Source: Patescibacteria group bacterium
GTDB taxonomy: Bacteria; Patescibacteriota; Gracilibacteria; UBA1369; PNNO01
Length of the DNA stretch: 64,000 nucleotides
Assembly (NCBI GenBank): GCA_042568575.1
Contig: JBHPIO010000004.1
Location: 1 to 64,000, forward strand
Reading direction: 5' to 3'
Of this stretch, positions 31,953 to 41,688 are shown piece after piece. The position numbers were made by a program, and so were the translations under genes. Numbering within the stretch: position 1 is the stretch's first letter; each line of letters begins with the position of its first letter. The notes below the pieces were generated by a model. That model did no database searches, was not told the origin of the DNA, and worked only from the letters and a program-made list of their open reading frames with translations.

Positions 31953-32942
31953 CTAAAAAGTGCTGTTTTGAATATGAACAAAAATCTCCTTAAAAGAGAT
32001 CTCGCGATTGAAAAATTTCTCAACTGCTTCTTCGTTGGCCTGATTAAGCTTTTGCGGCAAATTTCCTTTTCGAGACAAGACGTCATAAGCAAATTGCAAA
32101 GAAGGAAATTTCTTTGCATCAGGTTCATAAAATTCAAGCTTCTGATTAGCCAAATCTATTCGTGGAAGTTCATTCTTTTTTGCATTTGGATAATAAAGGG
32201 CATATGAAATCGGCAAACTCATGTCTGGATATCCCATGTGTGCAATATTACTTCCATCTTTAAAATAAACGATTGCATGAACAATACATTGCGGATGGAT
32301 AAGCACTTCTATCTGCTCCGGATCGAGATCAAAAAGATATTTAGCCTCAATAATTTCAAGCGATTTATTCATCAAAGTAGCTGAATCGACCGTTATTTTC
32401 TTGCCCATTTTCCATGTTGGATGATCAAGCGCTTCTTCAAGCGTCACATCGTCTAGTTTTTCCCTGTTCCAAAAAGGACCACCTGAACAAGTTAAAACTA
32501 CCTTTTCAATATCAGATTTATTTCGACCTTGAAGGCACTGGAAAATTCCTGAGTGTTCGGAATCGACAGGAATAAAATCGGCGTTATTTTCGCGGACTGT
32601 TTTCATTATAGTCTCGCCGTGTTCAACTATCATTTCTTTGTTTCCCATGGCAATTTTTTTGCCAGCATTGATTGCAGCCAGTACAACAGGAGTCCAGTCT
32701 GCGCCTCTGCAAGCCACGACAACAACATCTACATCTTTTTGAGTAACCATCTCTTCGGCTTCTTCACGAGTAAGCACTCCTCCATATTTTGGTTTAAATT
32801 CTGCAACCTGATCTTTAATTTTTTCATTCGAACGGGTGGCTAACCCAACAATTTCAAAATCATCTGGATTTGCTCGAATAACATCCAAAGTTTGTGTACC
32901 CATTGATCCGGTGGATCCTAAAATTATAATTTTCTTACGCAT
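31953..32942 (-). CDS. dxr: 1-deoxy-D-xylulose-5-phosphate reductoisomerase (compact)
   Basis: LGSTGSMG, NKE, PVDSEHS, SGGPF, HPTWKMGKKITVDSATLMNK. Confidence 0.93.
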   Translation of the reverse strand: MRKKIIILGSTGSMGTQTLDVIRANPDDFEIVGLATRSNEKIKDQVAEFKPKYGGVLTREEAEEMVTQKDVDVVVVACRGADWTPVVLAAINAGKKIAMGNKEMIVEHGETIMKTVRENNADFIPVDSEHSGIFQCLQGRNKSDIEKVVLTCSGGPFWNREKLDDVTLEEALDHPTWKMGKKITVDSATLMNKSLEIIEAKYLFDLDPEQIEVLIHPQCIVHAIVYFKDGSNIAHMGYPDMSLPISYALYYPNAKKNELPRIDLANQKLEFYEPDAKKFPSLQFAYDVLSRKGNLPQKLNQANEEAVEKFFNREISFKEIFVHIQNSTF

Positions 32943-34017
32943 GATCCTGTTTTATTAATGCCAAAAGTTCATCTAAAAGTTCGCTTTCTGGAACCGTTTT
33001 TACAAATTCACCTTTTCGATATAATGCTCCATGTTTTCTTCCTCCGGCAATCCCATAATCTGCCTCGCGAGATTCTCCAGGCCCATTTACAACACAACCC
33101 ATAACGGCAATTTTGACTGGTTTTTCAATATGGGCAGTTAGTTTTTCAACTTCGTAAGTTAAATTTTCGACATCAATTTCCGTGCGTGAACATGTAGGAC
33201 AGGATTTAATAATCGGTTCCTTGTGATACATATCAAGCGACTTCAAAATTTCTTTTGCAGTTTTAATTTCTTGAACTGGATCTGCAGTTAATGAAACACG
33301 AATCGTATTTCCAATGCCTTCTTGCAAAAGAGTTCCGACTCCAACAGCATTTCTAACAATCCCTGGGATTAATGTCCCGGCCTCGGTAACGCCTATATGA
33401 AGCGGATATTCACAGTTGTCCGCAAACATTCGATGCGCCTGAATAAAATCCAAAACGTCTGTTGTTTTTAATGAAACAACAATGTCGTGAAATCCAAGTT
33501 TCTCACAAAATTTAATTCCATTTTCCGCAGACTCAATTAGAGCCTCAGGTGTTGGATGGCCATATTTATCTAAAAGTTCTTTTTCTAATGATCCCGCATT
33601 AATTCCAATCCGAATAGTCGTCCCTGCTTTTTTGGCAGCATTAACAACCTCTTCGACTTTTTCTGGTGCACCAATATTCCCAGGATTTATTCGAATTTTA
33701 TCAACACCATTTTTTATTGATTCAACCGCAAGCCTATGATCAAAATGGATGTCAGCAACAAGCGGAATATTTGTATTCTCAATAATTTTCGGCAAAGCCT
33801 TTGCAGCTTCAAAATCCGGGACTGCAACACGCACTATTTCACACTTTTCTTTTTCAAGAGCATGAATTTGTTCAACAGTCGTCTTCCAATCATGTGTCTT
33901 TGTGTTACACATCGACTGGATAGCAACAGCATGTTTACCTCCAATAGTTAGAGCGCCTTTATTTGGCTTACCTATATGTATTTCACGCGTAATGCGCTTC
34001 ATTTTTTGCACTGCCAT
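32935..34017 (-). CDS. ispG: HMBPP synthase
   Basis: QSM, VADIHF, RINPGN, HIGVTEAG, CPTCSR, MGCVVNGPGE. Confidence 0.95.
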   Translation of the reverse strand: MAVQKMKRITREIHIGKPNKGALTIGGKHAVAIQSMCNTKTHDWKTTVEQIHALEKEKCEIVRVAVPDFEAAKALPKIIENTNIPLVADIHFDHRLAVESIKNGVDKIRINPGNIGAPEKVEEVVNAAKKAGTTIRIGINAGSLEKELLDKYGHPTPEALIESAENGIKFCEKLGFHDIVVSLKTTDVLDFIQAHRMFADNCEYPLHIGVTEAGTLIPGIVRNAVGVGTLLQEGIGNTIRVSLTADPVQEIKTAKEILKSLDMYHKEPIIKSCPTCSRTEIDVENLTYEVEKLTAHIEKPVKIAVMGCVVNGPGESREADYGIAGGRKHGALYRKGEFVKTVPESELLDELLALIKQDHA

Positions 34018-34195
34018 AATTGTAAAGATTATGCTCAGCAAGCTTTTTGGGAGTTCACTCTATCATAAATGTTTGAAAATTTGCAATTTTGTATTTGGTT
34101 AAGCTGCTAAACTGCTTGACTTTTATGCGGCTTTTCTTCTATTATCCTTAAGCGCTCAGTTCAAGCGCTGGAAATCTAATCTTAACTCCTCCTAT

Positions 34196-34705
34196 ATAAG
34201 CAAGAAATTGAGGATTAATGAAGCCATCTCAACACCTACTGTTCGACTGATTGACGATCAGGGAGAACAGCTTGGGATAATGGCTACAGCCGATGCAAAA
34301 GCCAAGGCAAATGAGAAAGCGCTAGACATCGTAGAAGTGTCCCCAGAGGCAAATCCCCCTGTATGCAAACTGATGGACTATGGAAAACATCAGTATCGCC
34401 AAAAAAAGATAGATCAGAAGCATCGAAAGATGCAGAAGCAGAGCGAAGTAAAGGGCGTAAGAATCGGATTTAGAACTGATGAACACGATCTGGAAGTAAA
34501 GAGAAAGCAAGCTGAAAAATTCTTGAAAGCACGCAACATTGTAAAAGTTGCACTCATATTTAAAGGTCGCGAACTAGCACATGTGGATAGGGCCAAAGAT
34601 AAACTTATAAAATTCGCGGAAACACTTGAAGGAATCGGAACTGTGGAAGAAGGCCCAAAAAGACAAGGAAATAACTTAATTATGATATTAACTCCATTAA
34701 AATAA
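34196..34705 (+). CDS. infC: translation initiation factor IF-3, probable ATA start
   Basis: RINEAI, PPVCKLMDYGK, FKGRE; no in-frame ATG, ATA AGC AAG at 34196. Confidence 0.93.
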   Translation: MSKKLRINEAISTPTVRLIDDQGEQLGIMATADAKAKANEKALDIVEVSPEANPPVCKLMDYGKHQYRQKKIDQKHRKMQKQSEVKGVRIGFRTDEHDLEVKRKQAEKFLKARNIVKVALIFKGRELAHVDRAKDKLIKFAETLEGIGTVEEGPKRQGNNLIMILTPLK

Positions 34706-34712
34706 CATTATC

Positions 34713-34901
34713 ATGAAGAAAAAATCTCATAGTGGCGCAAAAAAACGTGTAAAAAAGACTGGAACTGGAAAGTTCGTTGTTCAAAAATCATGCAAAAACC
34801 ACTTGCTTGTAAATAAATCGAAACGTCAAAAAAAGCTGTTTAAGAAAGGAAAAACAGCGGAAGATCCTCAACAGAAAATACTGGCTAAATTACTTGCATA
34901 A
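34713..34901 (+). CDS. rpmI: ribosomal protein L35
   Basis: KSHSGAKKR..TGTGK, HLL; canonical infC-rpmI-rplT order. Confidence 0.93.
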   Translation: MKKKSHSGAKKRVKKTGTGKFVVQKSCKNHLLVNKSKRQKKLFKKGKTAEDPQQKILAKLLA

Positions 34902-34925
34902 ACTATTTATTAATACTCACATAGT

Positions 34926-35279
34926 ATGACGCGCATCAAAAGAGGCGTAATTGCCCACCGTAGGCACAGAAAAATTGTCAGCGCTGCCAAAGGTTATCGT
35001 GGTAAAAGAAGCACCACATTCAAGCAAGCGAAAAACGCAGTCATGAAAGCAGGAATCAATGCTTATCGTGATAGAAGGCTCAAGAAGAGAACCTTCAGAC
35101 AAATGTGGATTACCCGAATCAACGCAGCGTGTCGAGCAAACGGCATCACCTACAGCCGATTTATCAATGCTCTTCTAAGAGAAGATATCCAAATTGATAG
35201 AAAAATGCTCGCTGACCTAGCGGTACACAATGAGGAAGCCTTTAAAGCAATCACTGAAAGGGCAAAATCAGCCGCATAG
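34926..35279 (+). CDS. rplT: ribosomal protein L20
   Basis: [32 protein letters not shown]. Confidence 0.96.
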   Translation: MTRIKRGVIAHRRHRKIVSAAKGYRGKRSTTFKQAKNAVMKAGINAYRDRRLKKRTFRQMWITRINAACRANGITYSRFINALLREDIQIDRKMLADLAVHNEEAFKAITERAKSAA

Positions 35280-35297
35280 ATTAAGGCAAAATTTGAG

Positions 35298-35328
35298 AAT
35301 AGGCACTTCGCAAGATGTGCCTATTTTT
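35298..35328 (+). terminator. intrinsic terminator
   Basis: AATAGGCAC/GTGCCTATT hairpin plus T tract after rplT. Confidence 0.75.
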
Positions 35329-35389
35329 CTTTTAAAACTGCTTCTTTTGACATATAATGCTTTTGGCAAATTGCTTGCTTAAATTATAT

Positions 35390-36679
35390 ATGAAATCTCT
35401 CTTTAGAAAAATTGTTCTTAAAGTGCTTGAAGTACTTGCGCGAATCAAGCTTAAACGAATGGGCGCAAAGACGATTGGCATCACCGGAGCAGTAGGCAAA
35501 ACATCTTGTAAAGAGGTTGTTTTTTCTGTCCTGGCAAAAAAATATAAAGTTCTTAGAAACGAGAAAAGTTTTAATAGCGAATTTGGACTTCCTTTGACAA
35601 TTCTTCATCAAAAGTCGGGATTTTCGTCACCTGTTCAGTGGCTGAAAATTCTTGTTAAAGGCTTTTTTCGAACATTCTTTGTGAAAGATAAATACGATTT
35701 TATTATTCTTGAAATGGGTGTCGATAAAGCAGGAGATATGGACTTTTTAACAAAGATCGCGCCGCCCGATATTGCTTTAATTACAGCAATTAAGCCGGTG
35801 CATATGGCGTCTGGTCAGTTCGCTACCGTTAACGAAATCTTTAATGAGAAAAAGAAAATTTTTGATTCTTTGAAAAACGACGGAATAGCTTTAATCGCAA
35901 TCGACGATAAATTTGTTGGATCGCTTGCGAATTCTGTTGAATGTAAAAAGTGCATCACATATGGTGTGTCAGGAAATGCGAAAGTGCATGCAAGAAATGT
36001 GACTCAAGCTGAAAAAGGCCTGACTTTCAGCGTTCACTATCAAAATAAAGAATATCAATTCAGAACGAATCTTTTTGGAGAGTATCAGCTTTCGATACTC
36101 ATGCCAGCGATAATTCTTGGGCTAATTAACGACGTGCCAATCCAGGAAATTCAAGATGCTATTGCAAGCTTTAGATTGCCGCCAGGAAGACTAAGTTTAA
36201 TAAAAGGCACCAAGGACACTTTGATTTTGGATAGTTCGTATAATGCTTCGCCTGAAGCTGTGATTGAATCGCTTAAGGTTCTCGACTTTTTCGGAAAAAA
36301 ACGAAACAAAAGGCGAATATTTCTATTCGGAAACATGAATGAACTCGGACAAAATTCAAGAGAGCTTCATGAAAATGTTGGAAAACAAATTCCTGCTTCC
36401 ACTGATATTCTAATTACGGTAGGTGAAGACGTTAAGTTTGCGGCTGATCAAGCCATTAAAGGCGGGCTTGCGGCAGAGAACATTCGAACGCTGAATTCCG
36501 CAAAAGAAGCTGCTGATTATTACAAAAAAATCATGCAAGAAGGAGATATTATTTTGGCAAAAGGATCTCAAAATAAAGTACGTTTAGAAATTTTCGTTAA
36601 GGAATTGATGGCTAACCCAGAAGAGGCAAAAGAAAAGCTTGTCAGGCAAGGCAAAAACTGGGAGAATATAGCTCCATAA
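35390..36679 (+). CDS. murF: UDP-MurNAc-tripeptide--D-Ala-D-Ala ligase
   Basis: GITGAVGKTS, FNSEFGLPLT, LEMG, DSSYNASP, GNMNELG, KGSQ. Confidence 0.88.
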   Translation: MKSLFRKIVLKVLEVLARIKLKRMGAKTIGITGAVGKTSCKEVVFSVLAKKYKVLRNEKSFNSEFGLPLTILHQKSGFSSPVQWLKILVKGFFRTFFVKDKYDFIILEMGVDKAGDMDFLTKIAPPDIALITAIKPVHMASGQFATVNEIFNEKKKIFDSLKNDGIALIAIDDKFVGSLANSVECKKCITYGVSGNAKVHARNVTQAEKGLTFSVHYQNKEYQFRTNLFGEYQLSILMPAIILGLINDVPIQEIQDAIASFRLPPGRLSLIKGTKDTLILDSSYNASPEAVIESLKVLDFFGKKRNKRRIFLFGNMNELGQNSRELHENVGKQIPASTDILITVGEDVKFAADQAIKGGLAAENIRTLNSAKEAADYYKKIMQEGDIILAKGSQNKVRLEIFVKELMANPEEAKEKLVRQGKNWENIAP

Positions 36680-36776
36680 TGTGCCAATGCCCTCATGATA
36701 CGTTCGGCTACGCCTAAAGTAGCATCATTCGAACATCGCCACATTATGGCAGAGGGAAGAATTTGTAATCAAGCTT

Positions 36777-37709
36777 ATGTATAATTGGAAAATTATAGGG
36801 CACAAAAAACAGCTTGAACTTATTGAGCATGATATTAAGTCGGACCGACTTACACATGCTTATCTTTTTACTGGCCCTTCTAGTATTGGAAAATTTTCGA
36901 TTGCGAGAATGTTTGTGAATATTTTGCAATGCCCAAATAATCTTTGCCATGAATGTCCAACGTGTATTCAGCTTGAAAAGGGAAGCCACCCAGACACGAT
37001 TACTCTAAAAGCAGAAGATGGATCTGAGTCCATAAAAATTGAGCAGGTTAGAGATATTATCGCAAAACTCAACATGACTAAGCAAAGCAAATACAAGGTT
37101 CTTCTCATAAAAAAAGCAGAGAGGTTCACTCCAGAAGCCGCAAACTGTCTTCTTAAAACACTTGAGGAGCCACCGCCACATACTGTCATTATTATGACGA
37201 CCGATAATGTTCGTGAGCTTTTACCTACAATCATTTCAAGAGTTCGCTTAATCAAATTTAGTGCATATTCAAATAAATTTCTTAAAAGCAAAATGACCGA
37301 ACTTTTTCCAGAAGCTAATGAAGAAACTCTCGAGCAGGTTTGTTCGCTTGCCTTAGGGAAAAGCGGGAAAGCGATTAAGCTACTCAAAAATGCAGACCTT
37401 TTAGCTTCTTACAGAACGATGTATACTATGCTCTGTGAGTTTTTAGAGCCAGCCCCTTTATATAAAAAATTCAAAGTCATAGAAGAAGTATTAGCAGAAG
37501 ACAATAAAACTACGGAATTTCTTGATGTGTTTACGCATTTAGTAAGGAGCCGCTTGCATCAAGGCATTGAAAATAAAGAACTCACGACGTCCAAAAGACA
37601 GCATCTTCTCTCTTTGCTTTCTTTGATTGAGAACACACGACAGCTGTTAAAACGTAATATTAACGCCCGCCTTGCACTCGAAAATCTTGCCCTTAAAGCT
37701 TCTTTATGA
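36777..37709 (+). CDS. holB: DNA polymerase III delta' subunit
   Basis: HAYLFTGP..IGK, Cys cluster, HPD, AANCLLKTLEEPP, LLPTIISR. Confidence 0.9.
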   Translation: MYNWKIIGHKKQLELIEHDIKSDRLTHAYLFTGPSSIGKFSIARMFVNILQCPNNLCHECPTCIQLEKGSHPDTITLKAEDGSESIKIEQVRDIIAKLNMTKQSKYKVLLIKKAERFTPEAANCLLKTLEEPPPHTVIIMTTDNVRELLPTIISRVRLIKFSAYSNKFLKSKMTELFPEANEETLEQVCSLALGKSGKAIKLLKNADLLASYRTMYTMLCEFLEPAPLYKKFKVIEEVLAEDNKTTEFLDVFTHLVRSRLHQGIENKELTTSKRQHLLSLLSLIENTRQLLKRNINARLALENLALKASL

Positions 37710-38542
37710 AAGTAATGTGCGTATATGACCAGTTTACACGCAAAGAAATTTTAATTCCTCATCCAGATGGGGCTGAAGTGTCGCCGGGTGATTTTGCCGT
37801 ATATCACGATGAAGAAAACCGTGAAAATATCGGACGGGTACATTTTGCAGACAGGGAAGAAAAGGATGAAGAAAAAATTCAGCTTAACCATTCATTTTTA
37901 AGAAAGGCAACGCCGCATGATCAACAAAAAATGGACATGCAGAAAAGTAGTGCCGAAGAGGCTATGGAAACTTGTCGTAAAAAAGTTACAGAACATAAGT
38001 TGGATATGCAGCTTGTGTTTACAGAATATTCGCTCGATGGAAATCGAATAAATTTTATTTTTACTGCTGATGATCGTGTTGATTTTAGAGAACTTGTGAA
38101 AGACCTTGCTAAGACTTTTCAAAAACAGATTCACTTGCAGCAAATTGGTCCGCGTGACAAAGCTCGTATGGTTACGGGAAGAGGAAAGTGCGGAAAAGGT
38201 CTTTGTTGCGGATGTTGGATGAAAAACCTTGAAAGTATAACTATGGAAATGGTTAGACTTCAATGTCTGGAGAGCAAAGGGAGCGCTAAGTTATCTGGGT
38301 GCTGTGGAAAATTGATGTGCTGCTTGAAATATGAGTCTGAGGAATATAAAAATCTTCGAAAGCAACTCCCGAAAGTTGGAAGTATTGTGAAGGTAAAAAA
38401 AGGTGAAGGAGAGGTAATTTCTCTTGATATTTTGAATCAAAAGGTTAAAGTGTTTTTCCCAGATAGAAGTTATGAATTTGTTGAGGCAAAAGACATTAAA
38501 AAAGTAATCTCAGAAAGCAAACCTAGAATGGTTAACAAATAA
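37706..38542 (+). CDS. ricT: RicT/YaaT (PSP1 domain) protein
   Basis: FTADDRVDFRELVKDLA, QIGPRD, CG..LCC, SGCCGKLMCCLKYE; follows holB. Confidence 0.9.
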   Translation: MKVMCVYDQFTRKEILIPHPDGAEVSPGDFAVYHDEENRENIGRVHFADREEKDEEKIQLNHSFLRKATPHDQQKMDMQKSSAEEAMETCRKKVTEHKLDMQLVFTEYSLDGNRINFIFTADDRVDFRELVKDLAKTFQKQIHLQQIGPRDKARMVTGRGKCGKGLCCGCWMKNLESITMEMVRLQCLESKGSAKLSGCCGKLMCCLKYESEEYKNLRKQLPKVGSIVKVKKGEGEVISLDILNQKVKVFFPDRSYEFVEAKDIKKVISESKPRMVNK

Positions 38543-38548
38543 TTTTTT

Positions 38549-39256
38549 ATGGAAATCGTCCTACTCGTTATCGTGCTGATTCTCACTGGAATATTTGCAA
38601 GACGCTACTACCTTTCTTTTTCAAGACACGGATCAAAAAGGGAAAAACCCGCGCATAAGCAGGAAAAAATTGCTCCTCGAATTCAACAAGCACCCCGAAC
38701 AACCGAGGCTAAAGTTCTTTTCAGCCAAGCAATGACTTATTTAGAAAGAGGTGAATTAGGCGAAGCAGAAACACGATTAGTAGAAGTTACAACAATAGAA
38801 AAAGACTTTAATGATGCAGGACATAAACTCGGGCTCATCTATCTAAAAAAAGGTGAATTTGGAAAAGCAGAAGAAATATTTAAACAGTTAGTTTTAAAAG
38901 TAGAGGACGATGCAATTTATCATAGCAATTTAGGAAGAGCACTTTATGAGCAAGAAAAATTTCAGGAAGCCCTTGGTTCATATCTAAAATCTATTGAGCT
39001 AGACGACTCAAGACCTGGAAGATTTGTTAGTACTGCGGAAGTATATAGACTCCTGGGTGAGAAAGAAAAAGCGCAAGAAATGTACAAAAAAGCGCTTAAT
39101 CTCGACCCTTCAAACATTGAATATCTTCTAACTTTTGCACACTTCCTTATCGAAGACGAAAGATATGCAAAAGCAAGATTCTATCTCGAAAAAGTTCTCA
39201 AATTACAACCGGATAATAAAATGGCACTTGAGATGATGAAGGAAATCAAAGACTAA
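38549..39256 (+). CDS. membrane-anchored TPR protein
   Basis: N-terminal TM followed by several TPR repeats. Confidence 0.85.
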   Translation: MEIVLLVIVLILTGIFARRYYLSFSRHGSKREKPAHKQEKIAPRIQQAPRTTEAKVLFSQAMTYLERGELGEAETRLVEVTTIEKDFNDAGHKLGLIYLKKGEFGKAEEIFKQLVLKVEDDAIYHSNLGRALYEQEKFQEALGSYLKSIELDDSRPGRFVSTAEVYRLLGEKEKAQEMYKKALNLDPSNIEYLLTFAHFLIEDERYAKARFYLEKVLKLQPDNKMALEMMKEIKD

Positions 39257-39257
39257 A

Positions 39258-41360
39258 TTATCCTCCTTCTTCACTAACACCCGGCCCTACAAGAACCTTT
39301 GCCGGGATGGCCTTGTAAGCACTATAAATTGGCTCCTTAATTGTCTCTCCAGCTTTTGTTAAATGCCTATACCAAGTAGCATTAAATCCTGTGTGCCCAT
39401 ATTCAACTTGTCTCCTTTGCCCCGGAGCAAGCGATGATGATTCAATAATTGTAGCAGGTCCCGGATTATGATAATTCCCAAGATAAGGCCCTTCCATCTC
39501 CACACTTCGCCCATCATCTGTTCCGTAAAATTTAAAGTAGGCATTGGCTCCTTCTGTATAAGACTGAACCAAAATATGCCCAGGAGTATCATTTAAAAAT
39601 TTGATGTCTCGTACGCCTGGATAAATAGTTGCATCCAAGCCATAGCCGTATATCTGCGCATAGTACGAAACCGCATATGAATGTGGAGCTCTTTCAGTTA
39701 TCGGCAGCCCCGACATTAACGCAGCGCGATACATTGTAGATGAAACCTGGCATAACCCCCCTCCATACTCTGGGATCGTTCCTTCGGCCTTTATAACAAG
39801 CTCTGGGCGATATCCTGTTGAGCCATCAACCGGTCCAAGATGTTCATTGAATGAGAATTCATCACCTGGTTTTACTAGCGCTCCATTAAACCTGTTCACT
39901 CCAACGCTTATGTTGTGTATACGATTTGTCGGAGAGCCCGAGAAGGCGCTTCGTCCTGTTCCAATTAAAGTTTCTATCCCCAGTAGTTTTAAGTCATCAG
40001 AAATTTCAGCATGTGCTTTTTTAACAAACACGGGAATCGGCACTTCATCAAAATTATAATTTGCTGCCAGCTCAACCGCCGAAGCAAAATATTTTCTCTT
40101 AATTTCGCGTCCATTTTCCCCTTGTCCTTCAATAATAATCTCATCATTTTCGTCTTTATAAATATTTACATCCTGTGCCTCAACTTCAACAAGCGGGGCA
40201 ATTTCCTCTTCCACATACGCAATAAAAGGGCTGTATTTGATGTTTATCCAAAGCTTTTGCTCAATCGAAAGTGACTCTGGAAGTTCGCCTGCAGATTCTT
40301 CCAACAAATCTATCGGAGCAGACAAGTCTTCTCCAACATGAAGTGTATTTTTATAATCAAAAGTAACCCAATCAACATGATCAATAAGACGAATATCAAA
40401 TTCCCAATAATCATAAGTTAAAGCAATAGTTTCATATAAGGTTGCTGTGATTTCTTCAAATCTTTCTTCCAAAAGTGCTTGCGTAACTAAGGGTTTTCTA
40501 TGAACTGTTTTCACCATAATCGGCTCAGACGAAAGTTGTCCTGCGCTTAGTTTGATATCTTGATAAAGCTGACGGATATCGATATCCTCCCCTTCTTTTT
40601 CGGCAACTATAATTAACTCCCCTTCTTCACCAAATGAAAGGTATGCATTCTTTGCTTTCTGGTCATCAAAATCAAAACGGCTTTCAATAGTCTCGGCAGC
40701 TTGATTCACGTCTACAGAAACATAGAATGGAATTTCTTGACCACCCCAAAGAGAAGTCAAAATCTTAAATAAATTAGTATTTTCAAATTTTACAAAATGC
40801 ACCTCTTGTAGTGTGTGCCTCGGCAAAAGAGAAATCCCTAGTTCGGATGGCAAAAATTCCTGACTCTCGTCTCCAAGTGCAACTCGGATAGGAGTTTCTA
40901 AAAACGGCTGACCTTTTTCCATTAATCTTTCCTGAATTTCATCCAAGGTAAGAGTTCCCACTTCAACTCCTGCAATTCTCGTCCCGGGAAGGGCTTTCCC
41001 AAGCAGCGAATATGTAATAACCGCAGACGATAATTGATAAATAATAAACAGAGCCAGCGCCCCGGATACAACAATAATCGGCGTACGAAAATCTTTTGAT
41101 AATTTCTTTTTAAAACTTTTTCGAACCTTTTTAAACCACTTTCGCCTTGGCGACTCTTTAATATGAAACAGTTTTGCCGGAGCTTTGGGCTGCTTCTTTT
41201 TAGGTTTACTTTTCTTTTTAGAAGAAGTTTTCGCAGCGCCTTTCGCAGGCTTCTTAGTCTTTTTTTGAGCATGCTGAGATTTAGCCGAAGCTTGCTTTTT
41301 CTTAGCAGATGCTTCCGCCTTACCTTTTGGGTGAACCTTTTTCTTTTTCTTCTTAGCCAT
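39258..41360 (-). CDS. VanW family protein
   Basis: Lys-rich N-terminus, TM, R.HNI, FSFN..LGP, GGGLCQVSST.YRA, G.DATIY. Confidence 0.9.
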   Translation of the reverse strand: MAKKKKKKVHPKGKAEASAKKKQASAKSQHAQKKTKKPAKGAAKTSSKKKSKPKKKQPKAPAKLFHIKESPRRKWFKKVRKSFKKKLSKDFRTPIIVVSGALALFIIYQLSSAVITYSLLGKALPGTRIAGVEVGTLTLDEIQERLMEKGQPFLETPIRVALGDESQEFLPSELGISLLPRHTLQEVHFVKFENTNLFKILTSLWGGQEIPFYVSVDVNQAAETIESRFDFDDQKAKNAYLSFGEEGELIIVAEKEGEDIDIRQLYQDIKLSAGQLSSEPIMVKTVHRKPLVTQALLEERFEEITATLYETIALTYDYWEFDIRLIDHVDWVTFDYKNTLHVGEDLSAPIDLLEESAGELPESLSIEQKLWINIKYSPFIAYVEEEIAPLVEVEAQDVNIYKDENDEIIIEGQGENGREIKRKYFASAVELAANYNFDEVPIPVFVKKAHAEISDDLKLLGIETLIGTGRSAFSGSPTNRIHNISVGVNRFNGALVKPGDEFSFNEHLGPVDGSTGYRPELVIKAEGTIPEYGGGLCQVSSTMYRAALMSGLPITERAPHSYAVSYYAQIYGYGLDATIYPGVRDIKFLNDTPGHILVQSYTEGANAYFKFYGTDDGRSVEMEGPYLGNYHNPGPATIIESSSLAPGQRRQVEYGHTGFNATWYRHLTKAGETIKEPIYSAYKAIPAKVLVGPGVSEEGG

Positions 41361-41401
41361 AAAATGGAGGTAACCAAGAAAGCTAGCTCATTCTAACGTA
41401 A

Positions 41402-41668
41402 TTATCGATTCTTTTTAAGAGCTTTTTTAATATATTTCCAAACCTTACTACCTTGTTTTTTTGCTTCCTGTTTAGCATCTTCGATTTCACCTCCGTGTTT
41501 TTCGATAAATTTATTTTTTGCCTCAATAATATCTTGCCTGGTTTCTTTCCCAGATTTTGGAGCAACTGTAATTCCAACAACAGAACCAATGGCTCCACCA
41601 ATAATCGCCCCCATAACCACTTTATCCACCATGCCTTTTTTCTTCTTTTCTTTCTTTTTTCCGAACAT
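41402..41668 (-). CDS. YtxH domain protein
   Basis: GAIIGGAIG....APKSGKETR. Confidence 0.85.
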   Translation of the reverse strand: MFGKKKEKKKKGMVDKVVMGAIIGGAIGSVVGITVAPKSGKETRQDIIEAKNKFIEKHGGEIEDAKQEAKKQGSKVWKYIKKALKKNR

Positions 41669-41688
41669 AAAGATGTAGTTAAATTAGT

